A stretch of DNA of 62,693 nt, filler included, from Basidioascus undulatus (lineage: Eukaryota): assembly GCA_000826855.1 (NCBI GenBank). It is 5 parts of 5 records of this genome, joined end to end, with 100 filler letters (N's around TTAATTAATTAA, not from the genome) between each part and the next. Parts side by side here need not be neighbours in the genome. Positions count along the whole stretch, not along the records: positions 54,363 to 62,693 come from JTLS01001406.1; 4 more parts are not named here. One strand, 5' to 3'. Under the pieces are notes generated by a model. The model was not told where the DNA came from and ran no database searches. It worked only from the letters and a program-made list of their open reading frames with translations. Shown piece by piece: positions 54,600-62,693 of this stretch (position 1 is its first letter; each line of letters opens with the position of its first letter). The translations under genes were made by a program, and so were the position numbers.

Positions 54600-55720
54600 C
54601 TGCCCTCCTCTGCATGCACCTGAACCAGCCCATATGTTGAGTCTGTCCTTGACTTGCTCTGCTTTGGCTACTGACCTTTTGACCAAGGTGAGTGGGATGA
54701 GCTGCTACACCAACAAAGGAGAACTATGTCACCACTGATGAGGACCTTGCCAGGTTTCATGCTGCACAAGACAAGGAAGGAGCTTGTGGAGGGCTGCTGG
54801 TCAACCAGTTTCACCAACCTCCTCCCTGGCATGGATGTCTCTCCGCTTTTTGTTGTCTGGAGGAAAGGCAAGCCATGCACCAGTGTCAACCTGACCAAGT
54901 CCATGCTCGACAACAGCATCTCTTGTGAGGACACAACCATGTCATATGACAGTATCCATGACTTGGCACCCTCCTTTGCTACCTCTGCAAAGTCAACCAA
55001 CCTCGCCACTCCTCCTCTACAAGTCTGATCATGTTGAGCATGTTCCAAGACCTGCTGGTCCACCCCATCTGCCAGCTCCAACAAGTGTCCCAAGTTGACT
55101 GGGTCTACCACATCAACTGGTTGCATCATCTTCAGCAGGCAGGGAGCACCACAAGCCTGCTGCTCAGTCAAAAGGCCTTTAGGACTGGCTTGTGATCCAC
55201 ATCTTTGAAATCTGCAGCCTCCTTGTGTACATGGAAGACAACTTCAAATTGAGCTCCACAGCCACCTTGTTGCGTACAAGTACTGCAGCCAACACTGTCT
55301 GCTCAGTCAAGCAAATTTGTGGGATGAACTGGGCATCCCTGGAAGGAGGGCCAGCAGTGTTCTCATTGTTGATCACCTCAATCTCATCAGCCCCATCAGT
55401 CTCATCCAACACTACCTCCTGTGCCATGACACCAGGCACAACACCACTGCCCCTCTCTTCCTCAATGCCAATGGCAGGCAGCCATGATGCTGATGATTCA
55501 GTACATGGCCTGATCACTCCACTGGCCCAAACTACAGCAGTCACTCATTGCACTCCAGTGGCACAATGTTCCTGGCCAAGCTTGGTCTCCCTGCCAACCT
55601 CCTCTGCACCTAAGGCCACTGGTCATCAGATGTATGGAAGATCTATATCTGCAATCACCCAGCCCTCCTCACTGCCATCCACCTTTGTACTGCAGGCAAC
55701 ACCCCCTTGCACTGAATACC
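54600..55720 (+). mobile_element. Decayed tyrosine-recombinase retrotransposon (DIRS/Ngaro-like): RT and YR remnants
   Basis: RT: LLPGMDVSPLFVV, YKSD, LVHPICQLQQV, LLVYMEDNF (decayed YxDD). YR: SHSLHSSGTMFLAKLG...GHWSSDVWKIYICNHP (decayed GHSLRSGG..GRWSS..Y). Frameshifts, stops and near-zero CpG. Confidence 0.8.
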
Positions 55721-57229
55721 AATCACACATGCTCACTGCCTACTGTGAGAGTCCTCCAGGCAAGACACACCTAATCAAGGCTGCTCTTCCTGGGCAGGAA
55801 AGGGGGAGCCAGGGAGGGAACAAAGTAAGTGACTGACACATAATGCAGAGGGCTCCATGCTGAAGAGCTAGGAGCTGCACTCACAAGAAGCACTCTTGAA
55901 GCTGAGCATGCTGAGAAACAAGCGTGGCATCAATGAACAATGAAGTGAAAGCAAGCGTACAAGGAACAAGAGAGAAAACTGTCCGTTTCATAACACTAAC
56001 CTTGAGCCTCAGTGGATTGCCAAACAGTCCCTTCAGGCCTATGCCTGGTTCATCCTCCAACACCTCCAGCCTTCCCCACTCTCCTCCTTGCCAGATGCCT
56101 TCTAGCTGTTTTTGGCTCCTTTTCTCTCCTCTTACCCACAGAATACATACCTTTGGAGCAAGATGTCGGACCTTCCAGTTACAGCCTTGCCCCATGCCCA
56201 ATACATGTGTTGCACCTCCAGAGGTTGATGCAATTGCATATAAAGGGTGAGTTGGAGCAATTTCATAGGCCTATGTGCACATACACATACTGATGTTTCC
56301 ACCATGCAACATTGTTGCATGTGCTCTTTCCACAGGACTGAACTTCCTTGCCCCCTTCCGCAAGTCTCTGACTTTGCTTGCACAACATGTCTCAGTGCTT
56401 CCTTTATGCCATCGTGGTACACCCACATTTGCTGATGCATTCTCCACAGCTTACAGCCTGCTCACCCCACTCTACACCCACAGCTGCTTCTACACCACAC
56501 TCCCATCCTGTCATGAATACACCCAGTCCCACCCCTGACAACTGTCACCCTTGTCACCTCCCCTGTCACATTCCCACCCTCACCTGTTGCACTCCCACCC
56601 TCCCCAGTCACACTCCCGCCCTTCCCCACCTCTTGGAAACACAGCCCTTCTGGTAGCTATAAGAGTGCCCCCTTACCCACTACTTGCTCCCCATCTGGTC
56701 TTGCTCTCCCACTCCTGCCCTAGCCCTAGTCTTCGCCCCTGCCCTACCTCGCCGCATCATCTATCCCTGCCACCATAAAGCCCTGTCAGCTGGTAGCCCC
56801 TGCTGTGGTCTGCCCCACCCAGTTGAATTCTTGACACATCCACCCTTGCATGTCAGGTGCTGCTCCTTGCTGTGCTTGCCACCAGGCACTCCCCTCCAGA
56901 CAAGGCATGCCAGTGTGGCAGCAAGAACTTGGGGAACTGATACTGTGTTGCTGTTAGAAATGGAGGCAGCATTTTGATGAGGCCTGTGTGTTCTCAGCTG
57001 GCCAGTGACAGTGTATTTCACCCTGCTCTCATGCACCCAGGTTCTGTGCTCTGCTCCTTGCCCTGCCCCTTCTCCTCATTGCATTTGAGGACTTCCAAGC
57101 CTTTGAGAGGTGAGCATGCACTCCTCCTTGCATGATACAGCCCCCTGACAAAAATTACCACTGGTGCATGTCTTGCTCGGAGGACTTGCCCTCTTCCTCA
57201 AATTGAACTCTTTCACACATTTTTATACT

Positions 57230-57980
57230 TATAACTCCGCTCCCCTTTTCCCATGCTTCGGAGATAGAAGCGCAACTTGTTTGGGTAACAGGCTGCAAAC
57301 TTGTCCTTGAGGTAGTCAAACATGTGCTCAATAGTGTTGAGGTTGGGCAACTGCAGCATATGTCAAGTGTGTTGCAGACTGACATGGTGGAAGGCAGCCT
57401 GGGCAATGGTGGTGGTGTGCCCTGCAGTTATTGTCCTCAATAATTGGGTGTGCATCTGCACTGCTGGGAAGTGCACAGATGAACGAAGCAAGGTGGCTGC
57501 TGTGAAGGGCAGTGTCAATGTATGTGTGGCCAGTGATCTTGCTGGGAGGGAAGGGGATGATGGGGCTGGGCTTGTCCCCACAGATGACCCTGTAGAAAAG
57601 GTAGGAGTTGCCAGAGTGTTTGCAGGTGGGCTTGACATGCTCTGGGTTGTAGGTGTTCTCCTTCCCTGGCATGCAACAAACCCAGTCCTGTCCCCTCCCC
57701 ACTATTCCCAACTTGAGCTTGAACTCATCCCCAAACACCTGCATCTTCCACTTTTCCACCCCCAATCCATTCTCTCCTGCACCCACTGGAGGAACTTCTT
57801 CTTGTTCTCATCTGTAAGCTTGGGTTTACAGTGCAGATGGCAGGTGGGACAGGTGATGCAGACAAGGCAACACAGGAGGGTGCACTTCAAGATGCTGGAT
57901 AAGTTGGAGTGGATCTTGTAAGTGGAGGTGAAATGTGATGTGTGCAAGTGGTAATATTCTTTTGTCAGGAGGCTGTACAA
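57230..57980 (-). mobile_element. Decayed Tc1/mariner transposase relic
   Basis: KPKLTDENKKKFLQWVQERMDWG-VEKWKMQVFGDE, IIEDNNCRAH and LPNLNTIEHMFDYLK (decayed SPDLNPIE) give the D, D, E catalytic segments. Frameshifted and CpG-depleted. Confidence 0.8.
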
Positions 57981-58551
57981 CTGGCTGCTGACCCCAAGCT
58001 TCCACTCAGTAGCAATAGCTAGTCAGCTGCACCCCTCCACTGCTACAACAGACCCCAGCATCTGACTAGGTGCACTTCCTCCTCAGTCTGCTGACCACCT
58101 GGTAGGGGCTGACTTGTGCTTGCCATTGTGCAGTGCTACCTGTAGAGATGAGATCACCCATGCGATCACCCAGTTACTCAGGTAGATTTCACCAGACTTT
58201 CCAAGTGAGCTAGCTGCTGAGCTCACACTGCACCACCTTGGAACTCACGCTGATAGATCACTGCCCCCCTGCAGTATTGAGCCTATTTGTAGCTACATGT
58301 TCCTACCAGGCTGGCAATGTATGCAAGCTCCTCAGTCTATTTTTTGATCTCCCACCCTTGCCCACTCCCCTTATAGACTAGAATACAGATGTCTTTTTTG
58401 TCCACTCCCACTCAATCATGTTCTGTGTCCTGTAGCAGTTGTTCTTGGCTCCTTTTCTTTCCTCTTGCCAGAAAAAAAAACATGCCTTTTAGGTGAGAAA
58501 TTGGACCTTGCGGTTACTGGAAAGGCCATGAAGAAAGGCAAGAAATAAAAG

Positions 58552-58637
58552 TCTCCCCTCCCGGGATCGAACCAGGGACCTCAAGATGATCAGTTGTACA
58601 TTACAGTCTCGCGCTCTTCCAACTGAGCTAAGGAGAG
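58552..58637 (-). tRNA. tRNA-Tyr(GTA) with 13-nt intron
   Basis: Acceptor CTCTCCT/AGGGGAG, D-arm GCTC/GAGC, anticodon loop CT-GTA-A, intron TGTACAACTGATC, T-arm CCTGG-TTCGATC-CCGGG. Confidence 0.95.
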
Positions 58638-61600
58638 GGGAGACAACTGTTCTGGCGCACAGAATTAGTGGATCCTTCTGAAGCAGACCTCTCTGTGAAT
58701 CACCCTCTTTGGTGTCGATTAAACTTCTACCTTCATGCACCCAGAGCTGCTGTTGAACCAAGGCAACAACATCTCAGCCGTTGATTGAGTCACTGCTACT
58801 GTGACTGACAGTGGTTGCACCTATACACTCTTGTTATTGCTTTTGCTGCTTCTACCAGAGCCAGCACAAATGTTGCCCACTTCTGGTAGAGAGCTAAGGG
58901 GAATCGAAGCATTAAGAAGCAGCAGATGAGTAGTTGGTCATTCTGCGCATTCAGGTCTGCTGCTGTACTTATTTTAAATGCTGCCACACAGCTGAAGAAA
59001 GCTGAAAAATTACCTGAGCTTTTTTGAACTTCACACACTTTAATACCTTCATTCTTTCCAATGGGGCAAACACACTGGATGGCCGTCTGTAGGGATCTGG
59101 CAATGACCCTGGCATTTTGGCAGAACTGGAGACCTCCCTCAAACCAGATTCTGAGCTTGGAAACTTCTCCACAGAAAAATGTGCTTTGATTGAACTTACA
59201 GCCTATCCAACCTAGTTCATTCGGGACAGAGCTTACCACACAACTCCATCTCAGTAGGCTGCCAAGTCTCATGATCGGGAGTGACACCCGTTGCAGCATG
59301 TGGACCTCTCAGAATGCTGCTTGTATACACCTTGGTGAGTGTGGACATCCGGCGGCACAACATCTCACGAGTGCTGAGTACCTTGACTTGTGGAGACGGA
59401 TGGGCATGGTGCCTCTTCATGACTTCCGGTTTTCAGGGCTGGGATCGCAGTCAACATGGACAAGTAGCTTATACATACAGCTCATCAAGATTTTTATTTT
59501 ATTTTATATGTTTATGTGCTCTGCATGTCCATTTCTATATGCTTGGGTCAGAACAAAAGGCTAATGCTTGCAATGCACACAGCTTGGCAAAATGGTCGCG
59601 TACATTTCCCACCGTCAGGGTGCGTATGCAGCTCTGGAGGCGCCGATTAGCACAGAGATCAAATCGACGCCCTACAAGGCCTCACTGGATACGCTACCCG
59701 CTTCTGTGACCCTGCGCTTGAGGTTGCAACTGCTGCACTGCTGTTGATTGAACAGGAGAAGGTCCCATCTCACCCCCGTCGCTTGATTCCCAGTCTACAA
59801 CCACCTGTTAGTACTATCTTGTTCTGTTTGTTCATCATATTCAACTCAAGTGCCTTGACGCTGTCACAGTTTCAAGTATGTGTGTTGCTAAAGCTTCCCT
59901 GGACTTAGTGCCCCTTATTGACACACTTTGTTCAGCATGCCGATAAACACAGCCTCGCAGATCAATGAATTCCCTTGTAGGTCGGATTACTAGGGTCTCT
60001 CTAAACAACATTATTTAAAGATGTACATCTAAAACCTGAGGGCTGACACCCTCACGTGTTCACACCAACAGGAGCTCATTGGCGTCACAGTCAGTGAGTG
60101 CGGTGAACCCCAGCTTTCCCCGGAGTGCACCCCTGACCACCAGACTGACCATAACCATTCTTGACCAGAATATCCTCTCAAGAAGTAAGTTAGGAGAGCT
60201 CTAGCTGGTGGTGAGGCACTGTGGGGCAGCATCTGACAGTCTCACCACCCCCAGTGTTCCCTGGGCCTAGGAAACCTTTCTGGCATATCCTTATCTTCTA
60301 CGTGGGCCTAGTACTCCTTGTACATCTCTATCTAAAAATTACAGCTCAAAATCTTTATAAGAAGAGTCGAAACGAAGAAACTCACTGGGGATGGCACAGC
60401 TCGGCATGCTCGTTACATCGGACGATGACAACCTGTTTGTCGCCTCCCAGAAAGGAACCAGCACTTTGTGAGCCACCGTCTCCTACATAGGCTTCTTATT
60501 ATCACCGCTTACATGTATCATGGCTTCAACACCACCCCCTTTGTTGTCACTGTGAGGAATTTCGGCATCATGAAATGTACGTCAAGCTGCACTTCCAATA
60601 GCTGGATCATGCGGAACACCGTTATTTGCGTAAATGTTGGTGTGCGAGTATCACAGTCATGCTTTCGCTCTGACAGACATCCTACCCAGCCTCCGGCTGG
60701 GACAGCATGGCTTTGGGTTACTCTAGACTTCTCGCATCAACACCATTCACATTGCAGCGTGTAGACTGCAGCGCAACCTGCATCATCACCTCTGCCCTCT
60801 AAGGAGGCTTTGATTACCATGTGACAGGCTGAACAAAATTTCAAAATTTTGAACGGTCTCTGGAGGCAATGGCGGGCATGTAAAATTTATGAGCAGTCTG
60901 CAGGGTAGCTACCACATGAGTGGACGGATACATGGAAGACAATACCGGAGACGGGGCTGCAGGTGCTAGGAGCGTCGTGCAGACTACAGCAACATAGCAA
61001 GATTTGGCATCGCATACGCCATACGAGCCTCGGGACTGATATCGCTTCCTTTTGTTTTGGGCACAGGGCCCTTTGTGGTGACTGCCCCAACTGCACAGTG
61101 GCATCCGACGGTGCCGTTCGGACGGGTTTAGTGCGTGGCCGGGGGCAGTAACTGGACTGATCAGGAGCTGTACCACAACACAACCCATCTAATACTTGGG
61201 AATATAGTGTCTTTAATAAAGAAAGGCATGGCACTAGAGCGACAGTACACGTGCTCGGGAGTCGGCGGCTCGCTTCTACGCGCCGCGAGTTTGCCCGCAG
61301 TGACACGGAAGAGGTGCTAGTGAGAACCAACTTTGAAGCAGTGAGGTAACCAAAAAGACTGACACAAATTAAAATCCAACCCACTTATCCATGAGTATAT
61401 GATTAAGTTGCATAGACCTCTGGAGTACCACAGGCAGGGAGGACTGCATAGAATGGGTAGTGGGGCTGCCCCACAAACAACCAGCACACCCAGCTCAGAG
61501 TCTGAGCAGTTTACAAATCAAATTAAAACAAAATTGTCAACTAACAATAATAAAAGGAGTGCATCATGCTGCTGATGCAAGCTCCAGGCCAGCAGCAGTT

Positions 61601-61664
61601 GTGGCAGATACTGCACCAAGCTGGTCTTGGGAGACAGCATTTTGATTGTGTAAGACAACCACAA

Positions 61665-61748
61665 GCCCCCGTGGCGCAAAGGTAGCGCATCAGACTTCTA
61701 TCCAACGATTCGATCTGGGGGTTGCGGGTTCGATCCCCGCCGGGGGCT
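61665..61748 (+). tRNA. tRNA-Arg(TCT) with 12-nt intron
   Basis: Acceptor GCCCCCG/CGGGGGC, D-arm GCGC/GCGC, anticodon loop CT-TCT-A, intron TCCAACGATTCG, T-arm GCGGG-TTCGATC-CCCGC, T-run downstream. Confidence 0.95.
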
Positions 61749-62376
61749 CATTAATCTTTTGCGCTTGAGGACGAGGCGCCTCTGCAGGCGCCTCTCGCCG
61801 CCTGCGGCAAGCTACGCGCCCCTTTTGCCTCCTTTACCATTCTATTGCGTGTTCATACTGCCAGGATCTTCCCTAACTCTTCCCGTGTGAGGGTACCCAC
61901 GTCCAGGGGTGGCGGGTCAGGCGGGGCTGGCTGGCTGCGAGGAGAGAGGGCGCGCTGAGGCGGTTGGGGCCGCTGGCCGCGCCGCCGCGCCTAAGAGCCC
62001 CATGACTGGTTCGTCTTTCATATGCTAAAGTACTCTTAAGTGGAAAATATGGGTCAGAGTGGGAGTGGACGGGCCTGGCTGGACTGTTTCCGCAGGGTGG
62101 AATCCGCACGCAGGTTAAATGAAGACGCTTCACGTCTTCCCTCAAGCCCCACTCCGTCTGCCTCTTTTCTGTTGTTTAAACATTACGACCCGCTGAGGCG
62201 CCATATCACGGAAGCCCACACGTTTTGCTCGACCGCTTCGAATCAAAGACGCCTGCCTGCACCACTCAGATGTTGTGCAAGGCGTCATAGCGACAAGAGG
62301 TACAATCGTACTCGAAACCGGAATTACAGAAAAATGCAAAGCAAGACTAATTATGATAAGCAAATGCCTAGCGTTA

Positions 62377-62693
62377 CTATATGCGATTTGGATACGGCGT
62401 GCCCCTCGCTGGCCTCTTTTCTGACAGAGGCGGCGGCAGGGGCGGGAGTGCGTCGGCGGACCCAGGCCGGGGCGTCTCCGCACCCTCCTGGGAGTACGCG
62501 CTGAGGGGCGAAAGCGGCCCGCTAGTGCTGGTGCTGGACGAGACCGCGGCCGCGCGCGCGACGGTGACGACCGGCGGGCGGCGGAGGATCTGGGCCCTTG
62601 TGATGCTCGCGAGGGAGTCGGTGCTGGACCCGCGCTCGGAGCCGCCGGGCGTCGAGGGCGGGAGGCGCAACGTCGTGGGCGTCGTGGCTGGGG
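62377..62693 (-). CDS. 3' end of a Ser/Pro-rich hypothetical protein (truncated at window end)
   Basis: GC-rich open frame ...GSSTDSLASITRAQILRRPPVVTVARA...PYPNRI*, followed by an AT-richer 3' region. Confidence 0.5.
   Translation of the reverse strand, partial: PATTPTTLRLPPSTPGGSERGSSTDSLASITRAQILRRPPVVTVARAAAVSSSTSTSGPLSPLSAYSQEGAETPRPGSADALPPLPPPLSEKRPARGTPYPNRI

Noticed and set aside
58700..61600. Short ORFs between tRNA-Tyr and tRNA-Arg
   Set aside because: No recognisable domains, many stops and partial CpG depletion. Probably old repeat debris that I cannot classify.
61773..61810. GC-rich hairpins after tRNA-Arg as a Helitron 3' end
   Set aside because: No CTRR terminus at the expected distance, and short GC palindromes are common in this genome.

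Overview
Eukaryotic, intron-rich, GC-rich DNA from a basidiomycete yeast. The short introns and gene content suggest Rhodotorula/Sporidiobolales (inference). The window is five separate contigs (1-28904, 29005-37360, 37461-45814, 45915-54262, 54363-62693) joined by artificial 100-nt linkers (44 N + TTAATTAATTAA + 44 N), so adjacency across linkers is not biological. Contig 1 carries a PhoD-type phosphatase, an aldo-keto reductase, an RNAi-type RNA-dependent RNA polymerase, USP7/Ubp15, a DHA1 MFS transporter, Rpt5, a decayed MYND-finger gene, a twin-CX9C protein and a 3' gene end. Contig 2 has an atypical tRNA-Leu(CAG), then a nearly CpG-free block of five periodic arrays (one has a 27-bp period built on a TGTCA-N3-TGACA palindrome), and a Pex14-family gene. 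Contig 3 has a secreted cupin and a laccase among orphan fragments of RPA1 and TRM140, plus a tail-to-head junction copy of the cupin locus. Contig 4 is FKS1, with a bacterial-looking fragment at the contig end. Contig 5 has CpG-decayed DIRS/Ngaro and Tc1 relics with tRNA-Tyr and tRNA-Arg at the edges. Exon boundaries were read by eye and family calls come from motif recognition; no database searches were run.
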